The translations under genes were made by a program, and so were the position numbers. From contig CM069159.1 of assembly GCA_035221665.1 (NCBI GenBank), positions 22,258,001 through 22,322,000 on the forward strand: a DNA stretch of 64,000 nt. Direction: 5' to 3'. The notes below the pieces were generated by a model. It made no database searches and had not been told where the DNA came from. It saw only the letters and a program-made list of their open reading frames with translations. Shown one piece after another: positions 36,581-50,351 of the stretch; the first letter of the stretch is position 1; each line of letters begins with the position of its first letter. The stretch is from Okamejei kenojei (taxonomy: Eukaryota).

Positions 36581-38639
36581 TGAGTTCACATATGATAGCT
36601 TCTCCTCATTGTTGATAAAGCTCTGACTACAATATAGCTGATCGATTGTCAGTGCAGCCCTGAATTAAGCTGGTGTTTCGAGGCAAGTGGCCCCAAAACA
36701 GGAGGCTGTCTGGAAACTCCCACAACAAACTCCCACAGAGTAGGATATATGGCACAAGCCCCATTCTAGGAGTCATAAGCATAAAATATAAGCCTTGCAC
36801 AATTGGATTTATGTGGCACCTGTTCCATCCTAAGGATATCCCAAATGCTTTACAGATAATTAAACAATTTTGAATTATAATCATGATTGTAACCAGGAAA
36901 ACATGGCCATCAATTTGTGTGCAGCAATTTCTGCCCTAAATTAGATAATGAAGGCTCCTCAAGCTGAAATATTAGCTTTGTTTCTCCTCCTACAGCTAAG
37001 TATTTCCAGCATTTATATTTTTATTTAACATTTCCAGCAACTGCAATTTTTTGGATTTTGACTCAGTGTTCCTAACATTGTTTTTATTTCAGTTAAGCAT
37101 CTGAAATGTTTTGATCTTCGGTTAGATTTTTTGTGCTCTGGACTTGGCAGGTTGGGATTTGATCCCATGAACATTGTCAAATATGCCAAAGGATTCTTTA
37201 AAATGTTTTGCCTCCAGCCTATTTCCTATTAAATCTTTCCCCTCGCCTTAAATGTATTAAATCCTCACTTTAAATCTATGTCCTCTGGCTCTTGATTCCC
37301 ACTACACTGGGAAAATGACTCCGAGGGTAGTGGGGGCCTGGAACGCATTGATGGGGATAGTGGTGGAGGTACATACAATAATATAATTCAAGAGGCTTTT
37401 GGATGGGCACATGGAAGTGTAGGAAATGGAGGGAATTGTTCCTGAGATAATGAATCTGCACTTGTGTGTTTTGTTATTGATCAACAAGCTTCCTTAAACA
37501 TCCCCCACTTACAGAGCCAGTGTGAGTTCAATGCACCAGTACACCACCAACATAACTGTATGTGGAGCAGTTGAAATGTCACAGTGGATCATTTCATGGG
37601 CCAGGAAATATGGATTTTTTGCAATGTCAAGTTACTGTACTGCTGTTTGGGGCTACAATTCAGAAAGGGCTTGTGATTTCAAATGGCAGTCCGAGTGCTT
37701 ATGTTGCCCCCTGGCTATTTAAACAATAACGGGACTTATTGTGGTTATTCTTATTTGCCTGAATTTTGTTTTCAGCCGCCAAGGTAAAAATGAAATATTT
37801 AAAATCCTACCTCATGCCACTGATCATATCCATACAGGACTAAGGGGAATATTGTAGACCCAACACCAACAACTACATATGACATTAAATGCATTGAAAA
37901 TGTCCCAAGCGCTACCAGGGGCTTTATTAAAAATCAACACAAATTCGAAAACGGAAATATTACAAAAGTCTGGCTGATGAAAAAGATGTAAAGGAAACTC
38001 TTATTGGGGAAACGGGGTAGAGAAACAGAGGGGAAGGGAACTTGGAAGCTGAACATACACCCACTGCTGGTGATCTGATTAAAGGTTTGCTCAAGCAAAC
38101 AGAATTGAAGGAACATAAGTTTGGAGGTGGGTAGAGATAGAGAAGGAAAGAGAAAACTATGGAGTGCCATGGAGGTTGAGAGTTTCTGCAGTCGATGATC
38201 TGAAGCAAGGCTATGTTATGGGGGCTGAAATACTGTTCAGAGGCCAGGGAATGGTTTGTGACGGGCATCAAAGTGAATTATTTAAGTCTTCCCAATACTT
38301 TATTGCAAGAACTTTATATTCCATCCGTTGTTAGTGTTGCACAAGCAGCCTGAATATTCAGAGGTAGTTGGAGGAAAAGTAGTCATTTTTATAGAACTTT
38401 TCTATCAATGGCGCAAAAACATTGCAAATTGTCATCACTTACACCCGGTGCATTGTTAATGTACCATCATAACGTCCACAGTGATGTGCATCTTTGGCAG
38501 ATTCTCACATTATGAAATGGTCAGCTTGACTAGGATGCCTTAAATCTAAGTGCAGTGGAGTGATTAAAGTAAAGATGCTCAGGTAAGCATTGGAGGGAGG
38601 AGGTGGTAGCCCATTGCCCACTGTATCTGCACTGACTAA

Positions 38640-38870
38640 CAAGTAATCATTTACATTAAATCCATTTTCCATTCTCTCCACATTCCCACCAATTACCCCC
38701 GGATTCAAGCTCACATCTACACGCATGTAGACACATGACATCAAGTGACAAATCTTTGGGATGTGGCAAGAAACTCACACAGACATAGGGAGAACGTGCA
38801 AACTCCACACAGACAGCACCAGACGTCAGGATTGAACTCGAGTCGCTAGTCCCAGCAAAACAGTGACTGC
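38640..38870 (-). mobile_element. Degenerate V-SINE
   Basis: TCTTTGGGATGTGG...GAGAACGTGCAAACTCCACACAGACAGCACC...CAGGATTGAAC. Confidence 0.7.
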
Positions 38871-39738
38871 TGCAGGTCATCATTATAGCTCTTATGGGGG
38901 ATTTAGGGATGAAGACAGGGATATCTGGAGAAATTTAGTTTTTTTCTGCTTTGGGTGACATGTGAAAGTCTGTAAACTACCTATATTTCGGGGAAGTTAC
39001 TGCTGGGGGTGTTTATGAGTCTGGAGAAGCCCCTCCTTCCCTTTCATTGAAAAAAGTGGTAAATGTTTTTGCCATTGACACATATATCTTGTGAATAGAG
39101 AAAGAAAATTGTGATTTTATCGTCTGGAAGGATTGGGGCAGGTTATGATATCTGACCTTCCCTGGTGCAATCCCCAACTCTTGATATTACATTCCAACTG
39201 AGAATCCTACCTGTTAAATATATGTATTTTTCCAATTGATAATTTATGTAATAAAAAAATAATCAAATCTTTTCTTCATCAGAAATCATCAATAGCATTA
39301 GTTCAAACTCTTTCTTTAATCTCTAGCTTAGTGATTGAATTATGTCCTGCAGTCTTCAACTCCATCCCAAGGTGGCGAGTTAAAAGACGAGAAATGTGTG
39401 GGTAACAACTTTTCTGCTTTAGAACTTTCCTAATAATATTTCATAAAGATCTAAGTGTATCACAATTTGCATTTGCATCAGTTCCAATCAGCACCAGTAG
39501 CCTCCCTCGTGTAAAAATAACCTGTTTCAAGAACAGATGATGATAGGAGGCAAATTCCCATTGCTAATTGCACCTTCTCTCCCTGCACTAATCTTAGGAA
39601 GCAACCTTTACTGAATCACACCGCAAATACAACCATGCTTCCATGACAAGACGTGTTACATGATGCAATGATGGGGAGGGAGCAGAGGCAGGGTCCTCCC
39701 AAGGAGCAGTGCAACCTGCATGGGCTTCTGACAAACAA

Positions 39739-39835
39739 GGTAGACACAACATGCTGGAGTAACTCAGCGGGACAGGGAACATCTCCGGAGAGAAGGAATG
39801 GGTGACGTTTCTGGGCGAGACCCTTCTTCAGACTG
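39739..39835 (-). mobile_element. Penelope 3' module (single arm)
   Basis: GGTAGACACAACATGCTGGAGTAACTCAGCGGG...GGTGACGTTTCTGGGCGAGACCCTTCTTCAGACT. Confidence 0.8.
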
Positions 39836-41329
39836 ATGAACAATGTGTGCAGGGGACAGCTTGTTCCAAGGACATGTCTGGCAGGAAGATGGTGCCAGGG
39901 AGGCATCCATGTGGGCTGGTGTCTTCTCTGTATTCCTGGACTCCAGTGAGCCCTGCGCCCACCCTTGCCTTTTTCAGGTACAAAACAAAACCTCGCACAT
40001 GTGACAAAAGTAATGTTCTTTGCTTTAACTGCAGAACAATTCTTACACCTGCAATGCAGCAGTGAGCGGCACAGTGACTTATTTCAGTGCAAGCAACCTG
40101 CATGGATCCTGAGGCTAGGTTGCTGAGAACAAGCATGCCCGTGACTTTGAATTTAAATGCAACGCAGCCCTTTGCATTTGACTGCATCCTGAGTCTGTCC
40201 AGCAACCAGATTAGGATGATGGACTTCCAGTCAGCTGCAGAGTTAATCCGCCTCGATTCTGCTCTGATCTCAACTTCAGAAAAGAACTACTTACATTTCA
40301 GTCAAGTCACACACCAGGCAACCTTTCAGGATGAGATTGCCAATTAAGTGATGGACTGAGATGGTTCAGCATCATTTCACATTGGATGCTGGAAGCCAAC
40401 AGACGGAGGAAGTGCTCATCTTGCAGACTGGGCACCTTTGAACCAATCCCCGCGAGCCAAAAGCAGCTAACTTCCATCCAGTCTCAAAGTCATTCATCTT
40501 GAATAGATAGCACTGCCAGTGGTGTATATCACATTGGACTGAATTCCCCTGTTTGTCCATTTTAACTTTAGTGAAAGTAGCACAGAAACAAGGGAGGATG
40601 GCACGGGTGCGGTTAGTGACAGAAGAATGTAAAAATCCTGTGGATATGAAACTGAATATGTGAACATGTGAAACTGACAGGCAGTGCATCAAGCCTGCCA
40701 CACACTGTCTGTAATTTGTCAGTACAACAAATTACATTGAGAGTTCTTTCATTGGGGAGATGGAGAACAAATAGGCATTTTATCTTCTATTCCCATGTCT
40801 TTAATTATCATCATATAATCCTCTGAATATTTAGTAGGCATCTTGAATGATCAACTAAATGACTGTCCCTGCTCTCTTTGATGATTTATTTAACACCATC
40901 CTGGTACATTTGTGTGAGTATTGTGGTATGGAAAACGAGCCCTTGTTAAAGTTAGCAGTTCTAATGTAAAATCATTCAAATTAAATATTAACCTTGCCCT
41001 CCAATTGCCGTAGGGACACTATTCTTTTTAGATGTTCCAGTTTTCCTGTTACTTAAAATCGGGCTATATTGATTATTTGAACTTTATCTTTGCTTCGATG
41101 GATCCACTGTCAGTCTACTGTGAGCAAAGCACTTATCAAAGGTGTTAGATTAAAGACACCACTGTGTGTGATGGAGGACAACACAAACAACTGATATTAT
41201 TATAAATAATGTGCCCTAAAGGCTGGCAGTAGATAATTTTTATGTGACACCATCTAACATGAACAAAGAGCTCTCAGACCCCAAATCTTTAATTATAATT
41301 CACTATTTGAATGCTCCAAATATTGTAAA

Positions 41330-42070
41330 ATAGAATATAGAAAGTACAGCACATGAGCAGGCCCTTAGGCCCACAGTGGCTGTGCCAAAATGCCAAGGTA
41401 AACTGATCTAATTTGCCATACATGATCCGTATCCCTTAATTCCCTGTATATCCGTGTGCCTATTTAAAAAGCCTGTTAAATGCCACTTTCGTACCTGTCT
41501 CTGCCACCACCACTGGCAGTGTGTCCCAGGCTGCCAACACATTCTGTGTAAAATGACTTGTCCCACACATCTCCTTTAAACCTTGCTGCTCTCAGCTTAA
41601 AGATATGCCCTCTGGTCTTTGGCATTTAATCCTTAGAAAATTGGTTTTGGCTGTCTACCATCTCTATGCCATTCATAATTTTATACATTTCTATCAGAAT
41701 TTCCCTCAATTTCTGGCATTCAAGAGAAAACAATTAAATAATGCCAGCATTCTGACAAACGTCTTCTGCACCCTCTCCAAAGTCTCCATATTCTTCATGT
41801 CATGAGGCACCCAGAACTGCATTCAACCCTAACTCCAGCCAATGAAGGCAAGCATACCACACACCTTCTTTACCACTCTATCTACTTGTGTTGCCACTTT
41901 CATGGAGCAATGGACCTGGACCCCAAGACCCCCCTGCACATCAATGCAGTTACGGGTCTTGCCATCAACCATACACCTTCCCTTTACATTTGTCATCCCA
42001 AAATGCAAAACATGACACTTGTTTGGATTAAACGGCATCTACCATTTCTCTGCCTATATCTGTAGTTGAT
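41330..42070 (-). mobile_element. Old CR1/HER1-like LINE with internal deletions
   Basis: ORF MPFNPNKCHVLHFG...LGVQVH.SMKVATQVDRVVKK..GMLAFI is a typical CR1 RT C-terminus. Confidence 0.85.
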
Positions 42071-42713
42071 TTATATTTCAAATGTTTAATTGGTATCTCT
42101 AGCAGATCAACCACATGATATTATAGAAATAAATAGCTTGCTCTGTCTGAATGCTAACTCTTTGCATCATTCAACTGTGGCCTGTCAAGGCAAACAATAC
42201 CAAATGGCACCACTATAATTAGAGGAGGCACCTAAAATGTGTTGCAGAGTGGTATTGGACTCTATTGCACTGGATTATCAAGCAGTAAATTTCCATTAAA
42301 GGGTTAATTAAGTGGATTAGGAATTTTCACCAAGGCATTAGCATTTTACCTCCAAGGTCAAGCCTTGAGTTTAGTTAAGGCGACAGGGATAAGAGTTACT
42401 GATTGCAGGTCGCAATAAGTCTGGATAGTTTCATTGTTATGGGTAAAGAAGCTGCACTCTACTGCAAGCATAGCAAGACAGCTCAACCAGAAAGGAATGA
42501 TAAAGGACAAATGAAATGTCAAGGCAGGAAGCCCAAAAACTATTGAGCCAGTAGAGCCTGCTTGCTCCAAATCAGCAGCCTGCAGCTATGCAACTGGCAA
42601 GCAATAACAGCAGAGCAAATCTTTACTGGAAGCCTAATGCATAAAGAACATTCATTGTAAGCAGAGAACTGAGAGAGAAAGGGTGGAAAGCAAAGCATGC
42701 CGGGATGACTCAC

Positions 42714-42837
42714 ACAGGGCCATACCAGACTGTGAATGTCTGCTCATAACCACCATCGTAACCGGGGTCCCAGGTGGCGTTAGCAGAGGTCATTGTGGCT
42801 GTCACTCGAACATTGTTTGGAGCATGTGGACTTGTGC
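42714..42837 (-). CDS. IGSF9B: IGSF9B exon, start of FN3-1 (GTSPHAPNNVRVTATMTSANATWDPGYDGGYEQTFTVW[YGPV]); alternative end at 42726
   Basis: Not in the ORF track; read directly from sequence. Acceptor CTCAACAG|GC. Two in-frame donors: TG|GTATGG (exon end 42726) and GT|GTGAGT (exon end 42714). Confidence 0.93.
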
Positions 42838-43023
42838 CTGTTGAGAAAAAGAAAAGTGAACATTTACATCTCACAGTCACAGAGTTTATCTAATCTGCAA
42901 AACCTTTAATTGCAACATCACGCAATTCCATTATAATATTCTCTGCTTTCCAGATCCCTTATTAACAAACCAAGAAATGCATTCCCTCAAATAACTAGAA
43001 AGTAAAAGAAGAAATGTGTTAAT

Positions 43024-43757
43024 CATAGAAACATAGAAAATAGGTGCAGGAGTAGGCCATTCGGCCCTTCGAGCCTGCACCGCCATTCAATATGATCATG
43101 GATGATCATCCAACTCAGTATCCTGTACCTGCCTTCTCTCCATACCCCCTGATTCCTTTAGCCACAAGGGCCATATCTAACTCCCTCTTAAATATAGCCA
43201 ACAAACTGGCCTCAACTACCTACTGTGGCAGAGAATTCCACAGATTCACCACTCTCTCTGTGAAAAATGATCCTCTCATCTCGGTCCTAAAAGACTTCCC
43301 CCTTATCCTTAAACTGTGACCCCTTGTCCTGGACTTCCACAACATCGGGAACAATCTTCCTGCATCTAGCCTGTCCAACCCCTTAAGAATTTTGTAAGTC
43401 TCTATGAGATCCCCCCTCACTCTTCTATATTCCAGCGAGTACAAGTCGAGTCTATCCACTCTTTCTTCATATGAAAGTCCTGCCATCCCAGGAATCAGTC
43501 TGGTGAACCTTCTCTGTATTCCCTCTATGGCAAGAATGTCTTTCCTCAGATTAGGAGACCAAAACTGTACGCAATACGCCAGGTGTGGCCTCACCAAGAC
43601 ACTGTACAACTGCAGTAGAACCTCCCTGCTCTTGTACTCAAATCCTTTTGCTATGAATGCCAACATAACATTCACTTTCTTCACAGCCTGCTGCACCTGC
43701 ATGCCTACTTTCAATGACTGGTGTACCATGACACCCAGGTCTTGTTGCATCTCCCCT
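43024..43757 (-). mobile_element. Young CR1/HER1-like LINE 3' fragment
   Basis: 176-aa ORF QQDLGVMVH...LVRPHLAYCVQFWSP...RVVNLWNSLP plus (CTATGTTT)n tail. Confidence 0.95.
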
Positions 43758-43764
43758 TGTCCTT

Positions 43765-43789
43765 GGGAATGGGAATGGGAATGGGAATG
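43765..43789. repeat. (GGGAAT)4 microsatellite
   Basis: Directly visible. Confidence 0.85.
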
Positions 43790-43854
43790 TACAGAGAACG
43801 TTTCCTCCCAGAGTCATATGACTTGCAGAATAACAACAGAGAAAGCCTGTGAAT

Positions 43855-43988
43855 CAGACAGTCTGAAGGAGGGTCCCAGTCCAAAACATTACCCATCCAT
43901 GTTATCCAGAGATGCTGCCTCATCTGCAGAGTTCCTCTGCACTTTGTATCTTTTTTTGTAAACTAGCATCTGCAATTCCGTGTTTCTA
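43855..43988 (+). mobile_element. Penelope 3' module (single arm, diverged)
   Basis: CAGTCTGAAGGAGGGTCCCAGTCCAAAACATTACC...GATGCTGCC...CTAGCATCTGCAATTCC. Confidence 0.75.
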
Positions 43989-44859
43989 AGCAGTCAGTAT
44001 GTATGGGTTTAGAAGATAAGTAGCTTCATTGCAGAAGAAAAGATACTGTAGGGATTTCGGATAAGATTATGAGTAATCTCATTGACCCTAAAGATCTTTT
44101 CTAGGCATTGCAACTGTATATTGTCTTGTACTGTTTTACCCAGTACAGACAATATTGAGTTACCATTAGCAATATTTCATAATCAAAGCTACCAAATAAA
44201 CTTTGCAATCAAAGTATTCCAGAATAAAATGGAAATGAGTCATTTACAAGAGATCAGTCTGGTAAGAAAATCAGCTCGAGTCCACATGAAAAATAATGCT
44301 CTGGGAATAATTGTCATACGTATATTTTCAGCAGGTTGGGATGTGAATTGTGAAAACCTAACCCATGTAGATCATGGAGGTTATTTTTGGCATTTTCAGG
44401 AAATAAGGTTTAATTTCCAGTAAGTTGATCAAAGCAGCCTATGGAAAGAAAATTGGAGGATGTTAAAATACTATATTTTCAAGTTTCTTTTGAACACTTG
44501 CTTATTAATTGTGAAAAAATAAACCATGCAATTAAGCAATTATTGGAAGGAGGAAGCTCCATATATATCTCCACCCTCGGCAGCGGCAACACTGAACCAT
44601 TTGCTGCCATGTTTGGCCAGAAATGGATTGGGCAATGATCCATCTTGCCTTCCTCCTGGATCCCTCACCATTACTGACGTGTTCAATTCACTCAATGTGA
44701 CATCAGAAAATGGATGCAACAAAGGCAGGATTCTGGAACTAGGCGACAACTAATGCAGGTATGAAGAACTGACGTCTAAAATAGCTGCAGCTCAATACCT
44801 TTACAACAGCGCATCAACAGAACAACACAGAGAATTGTCCATATATGCCACATATATGC

Positions 44860-45320
44860 CTAGATGGATCGTTTACCAGGGTCTTCTCTGTGCCCCACAG
44901 TTGTACTCTCTCTCACTACCCCCCCCCCCCCCCCCCCCCCCCGGATGCAACACGGATAGAGTTCCCCTGGTCCTCACCTTTCATCTCACCAGCTTCCGCG
45001 TCCAACATCATCCTCCAACAACTCCATCCGCCACTAGTCCCATCTTCCCATCTCAACCCTTTTATACCTTCCACAAAGACCGCTCCCTCTGCAACTTGGC
45101 TCACTCATCCTTTCCCATCCCAAACCACCCCCATCCAAAGTACTTTTCCCTGCAATGACAAGAGATGCAACACTTGTCATTTTACTTCCTCCCTCACCTC
45201 CAAACAGGGACTCCAGCAGTCCTTCCAGGTGAGGCAGAGGTTCACATGCACCCCCTCTGACCTAATCTACTGCATCTGGTGTTCCCGATATGGCTTCCTG
45301 TACATTGGCGAGACCAATGT
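44860..45320 (+). mobile_element. Degenerate Penelope-like element (post-RT linker, Cys motif, GIY-YIG start), containing a poly-C run
   Basis: TFPCNDKRCNTC...FQVRQRFTCTPSDLIYCIWCSRYGFLYIGET; homologous to 56981-57600. Confidence 0.85.
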
Positions 45321-45789
45321 AGCGATTCATAGGTTACTGGATTGAGATAGTGCAGGAAAATGGAGCTGAAGTAGAAGATCAGCCACGATCTTGATAACAT
45401 GTGGATCACTCCTGTTTCTGTTCCTATTTCTTATGCTATAATTTGCTTTTGATGTGGTGGTGGGTGGAAGTGATTGAGATGGAAAATCAACCAATGTTTT
45501 ATAAAATGGCAGAGCAGTCTAAAAGAAACATGACTTTATAATTGAGTTTTTGCAATGCAAACATTACTGGCATGGGCTGCATATAATGCCCTTCTTTTAT
45601 TGCTCCAGGGAAGGTGGCAACACCTTCAGGAACCTCCGCAGTCTTGTTAGTAAGGTAGTCCCACCATGCTATTAGACAGGATCTTCCCAACAGTTACACA
45701 CAGCCACAATAAAGGAACGGTGATATACAGTATCTTACCAAATATGTAAAGCATGACTTGAATGAGAACCTGAAGTGATAGTGCAAGTA

Positions 45790-46115
45790 GGGCTGATTGT
45801 CAGAACCATTTTCCCATGTTGGAAATGTCAAAGACTTAGATTTTATGTCAGAGGGAATGTTGAAGGAAGATATGCGAGGCAAGTGTTTTTACTTAGAGGG
45901 TGGTGAGTGCAAAGAACCCACTGCCAGGGGTGGTGGTGGAGGCAGATGTAATAATAGTATTTAAGAGTCTTTTAGATAGACACATGGATATGTAGGGAAT
46001 GGAGAGATATAGCTCACATGCAAGCAGAGGAGATTACTTTAACTTGCCATCATGTTGGGCTCAGACAGTGTCGGCCAGAGGTCTTGTTCTCGTGCTGTAC
46101 TGTTCTACATTCTAT
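45790..46115 (+). mobile_element. Old CR1/HER1-like 3' fragment
   Basis: GAGGGTGGTGAGTGC...CTGCCAGGGGTGGTGGTGGAGGCAGAT...TTTAAGAGTCTTTTAGATAGACACATGGAT. Confidence 0.75.
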
Positions 46116-46269
46116 GATGATCTAATGCCCTGCCTTTGTTCTCCTTGGATGGTGGAAGGGAACACATGCTCCCTGTTGGAGTAGCCTTCTGATCCTATGT
46201 CATCCTTGCTCTGGACTGAATTTCATTCTTAACCTGCAGAGCTACTCCACCTCTTCTACTCACCTGTCT

Positions 46270-46540
46270 GCCTTTTTGATAGTATGTGCAACTATGGATA
46301 TTCAGCTCCCAGCTCTGATCCTCTACCAGCCATGCTCCCTGATGCCCACAACGTTGTCCCTACCAATTTCTAACTGTGCTATAATCTCATCCATTTTATT
46401 CCGTATACTGCATTCATTCAAATATAGTTCAGCATTCACCGCCCCTATTGTCACATTGGTCCCCTTTTTGCCTGACTTTAAACTCTTATCCCTTCTTAAA
46501 CTTGCCATCCTATTACTTCTGGAGACTTCAGTGACCTCCA
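46270..46540 (-). mobile_element. CR1-like APE endonuclease N-terminal fragment
   Basis: LYLNECSIRNKMDEIIAQLEIGRDNVVGIRE matches the consensus LYLNARSIRNK.DEL...D.IGITETW. Confidence 0.75.
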
Positions 46541-46824
46541 GTAACAGAGTTGCTGGGTTTCCCCATCAATTGCCTCAAAGGAACTCAATGTTTCAATGAG
46601 ATAGGTGATCTTAGTCGTAGTCTTCTGGGTTTGGTTGGTCCAAGACTATCCTACTCAATTGTTGCTTATAGTTCAACAACTCATCCCAGCAATCATCCCA
46701 TCATTGTGTGATCTCCAGTACAGAGCCTGGCACAGTCATTTCTACCCAGCCTGTTCATTTTCAACAGTAGCCAGTGTATGACTGGGAGTTCCATGCGAGT
46801 TTCACTCAGGTTGATCTTTCTTGG

Positions 46825-47181
46825 AGTCATGGACTAATACAGCACAGAAAGAGGCTCTCCAGGCAGCTGAAACCACTGCCCAACACGCTTGCATTTTTAC
46901 ATAATCCTACACTAACCCCATTTTATTCTTTCCAAATTTCCATCAGCTCTCCCCAGATTCTAACATTTGCCCATACAGCAGGGAATATTTGCACTGAGCA
47001 ATTAACCTGCTGACCTGCAGGTATTCGGCGTGTTGGAGGAAACCGGAGCACCAGAAGCAAACTCACGTGGGTACATGGGGAACATACAAACTGCACAGAA
47101 AAGCAGCACCAGAGGTCAGGATTGAACCTAGGTCACCGAAAGTGTAAGGCAGCAACTCTACGAGCAGTGCCATTGTGCCAC
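46825..47181 (-). mobile_element. Degenerate V-SINE
   Basis: GGAGGAAACCGGAGCACC...CAGGATTGAACC...GTAAGGCAGCAACTCTAC. Confidence 0.75.
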
Positions 47182-48529
47182 TTGTGGTATCTGGATTTCA
47201 CAATAGGTAGGCATTGAAAGTAATGAGTATTGCACTTGGGAGATTTGAGTGGCTGTGATTAAATCGTGCAGTTGCAGCCCAGTAATGTGTCTTAGCAACA
47301 AGGTTGTTTGATGGAAGCTTGGCATTAAATCAGCTTGACAAATGTGATCTTTTATTTGACCACTACTGATCACTCCACACTCCTCCACCAAGACAAAGCT
47401 GCACTTGGTCTGGAACTCAGTGACTTCAATCTTAATCTTTGTTTGTAGTGTCATTTTAATTTTTCTTCTGTTTGGTTAATATAACACATATTTGAATTAG
47501 TGTAGAATTGAAATAAATACATACATTATGGATGTTGCTCAAAAGGAATAGTATAAATTTCTAGTCTTTGGTAATTAAACAGCTGAAAACACCAGTCAAA
47601 TGCAACGTCATCACATTATTCACAGTTTTAACAAGGTACGAGATACCCAAGGACTCGAGCGTGGCCAACAAAGGGAGCTATCCACTCTTGTTGAATTTAC
47701 AGCTGTCTTTGTTTTCTGGAGCACATCATTCAGTAAATGTAGTTCACACAGTTTTATTAACACCAGGCTGCTATCTGTGCAGGAACTTTTCTTGATGCAG
47801 TGTGAATCTGCATCATTTACAAAAGGAAACATTGTCTCTTCATCTGCTGTATTTTCCTTCGGTACAGCTCCACTGGTATGTACATCATCCAAGTGGCCTT
47901 ATATTTCTCAATCCTCTATCACATAATCCTACCTGACTCCCAGTAGCTCCCAACATGGTTCACACTTCACATTTTCCATCTCAAATTGTTTCAGAGCCTC
48001 CTCACCTAATTTTCCTTCTCTTGCCTTTCTTCGTGGTTTGTAATCCCTTCCAGTCTATTTGAAACACATGCCATTTACTGCTTGGGCGTTGTTGGGGGAC
48101 TAGGCAAAGGTGTGTTGTGGAGATTCGATATACTCAGGCCATTCATTGACTCACCTGTGGCCCAACATAGTACGTGAGAACAAGAAATATGAGGAGTAAG
48201 CCATCAGTCTCTCATCTCTGCCCTGCCATTCATCAACTTTAAGGCTGATCTTCCATCTCAATGCCCTCCCCTTCCTTGGTCTGCTGATTCCTTCAATATA
48301 CAAAACTTATTCACCTCTGCTTTGAGTGCAATCACATACTGAGAAATAAGGATAGACAAATCTTGGGATGCATTACCCACTCTGCAGCCCAAACCCATCC
48401 CACTGGTCTCCCAAATGCGAGTTCATATGTATGGGCTGCACATAAGATGAGTGTTCCTAACCTGGTGAGGATCTGTATATGAAGATTAAAGTCTCACCTG
48501 CTTAGTATATTCACTCTACTACACGCACC

Positions 48530-48900
48530 TCAGGTGTCTTCATTTATATCATGCTTTATATCTCTATTATTATTCGGAAGCCTTTAATTAGGCTCCACTC
48601 ATGATTCCCGTTCCATCTTACACCTTAGCTTCACCCAAACTGATTTGAATTTGAGATGACTATCTGTTGAGAAAAGATACAATCCATCCATTGCACTGAT
48701 GTCATTCCTATTCCAACACTCTTGCTTGTTGCTTGTCCTTCCCAAATGTTGCATGCCCAGGAATATTTAGTTCCCAGTTTTAGTCATCTCCTGCCTTGTT
48801 TTTGCAATTGCAATTAGATCATACTTATTTACTACTATTTGTGCCATTAATTCATCCACCTTGATGCAGATGTAGTGTAGATGCATTTAGGTAGAGAGCT
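48530..48900 (-). mobile_element. Old CR1-like endonuclease-region fragment
   Basis: Minus strand reads AAGGTGGATGAATTAATGGCACAAATA...TATGATCTAATTGCAATT (KVDELMAQI...YDLIAI). Confidence 0.6.
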
Positions 48901-50223
48901 TCTACATTTGGCTTATTTATTTTGCTTGTTATGTTTCTATTTTCCACTTCCATTAGCAGAACTATTATGCACTTAAAATTAAATTAAAGTCACTTACTTT
49001 ACATGGCTGGGTGTTAGAAACACTCCAACAATTCATGATCGCTGGCATTACAATAATTGATTGTGTGCATATGTGTGTTTTTATTTTAATTTACGGTCAG
49101 CCTGTGCAGAGAATAACACATCTAATCAAACATCAGCTTCTTATGGCCCCAACAGTATGCGAAGAAAAATAAACAGGGAATTCACTACAAAGCAAATATG
49201 AGGTGCAAAGGGATTAATTGACAATTCTGCTCACCTTTTCAACCAAGCTTATGAAATTGGTTGCAAAGGCCCAAGACAGGATCCAACTTGGAACACAGCT
49301 CTGCTTTCCTTCCCACAGACATGGCCTGACCTGCTGAGTATTACTAGCATTTTCTGTTTTTTTTTAATTCTCACAGAGGTATAAATGGTGCATGAAGTGA
49401 CGAAAGTGATTACAACTTTGAACCATGTCTGCTAGTCAGATACAGTAGGGGGTGCGGGGGGATCTTTTGGCTGATGGGATATTTTACTAAAGATTAGTTC
49501 ACTTCCTCGTGCTGAGGGAGTTTCCAGTTTATCTTCTCTCTCTAGGGTGATGTGTTGGACCTGCTACCACATGCTTGTGACAAAAAGGTTGTGGCCAGAA
49601 TGATTCGCTTTTAATAGGCACAAAATGCTGGGACGGACAGCATCTCTGGATAGAAGGAATGGGTGACGTTTCGTGTCTCGGGTCTCAAATTAGGCAATAG
49701 CTCTGTGGGACACCATGGGTTTGACTACATTTATTTGTACCAACTGTATTACCTGACAAATATTTTATTGAAGATTAGGTTATGAAAATTTGGCAACTGT
49801 ATTCCATTCTCTGTTGCGGTTTAACTCTGTACTTGCAGAAGCAACTTGGCAATCGTGTATATTGAATAGTACAATGATTAGGCCCCGTATTTTCATGTTA
49901 ATTGCAACACTGTATGTGTGCCATCTTTCAGCGTAACCTTGCTGCACAAGGTAATGAGATTAATCAACCTGCCTGATCAAGTTGAGTTCCCAAGGACGTT
50001 TGCGTAACAATGTCTATTGCAGAAAATCAGCACAATTCAAATTGATTGATTTTTATATTACATGAAGGGGGCTGAGGGATTATTCTGGAGGTTGAATTAA
50101 ACTTAAGAAATGAAAGATTATCTAATGTGTGTGTGGCTTGAATTGGCAACTATGTTTGAAGGGAAAACTAGTGGCTACATGTTGGTGCTAGGGCCATGCC
50201 ATTAGTGCACCACACGGACAAAA

Positions 50224-50351
50224 TGTGTAGGAAGGAACTGCAGATGCTGGTTTAAACCAAAGGTAGACACAAAAAGCTGGAGTAACTCAGCGGGACAGAC
50301 ATCATCTCTGGAGAGATGGAATGGGTGACGTGTCCAGACCCTTCTTCAGAC
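50224..50351 (-). mobile_element. Penelope 3' module (young, single arm)
   Basis: TGTGTAGGAAGGAACTGCAGATGCTGGTTTAAACC...CCCTTCTTCAGAC. Confidence 0.85.

Noticed and set aside
43765-43789. Telomere-like repeat
   Set aside because: (GGGAAT)4 is not TTAGGG; it is a simple repeat at a LINE junction.
43404-43961. 185-aa plus-strand ORF
   Set aside because: Antisense shadow of the CR1 RT running into a microsatellite and Penelope tail.
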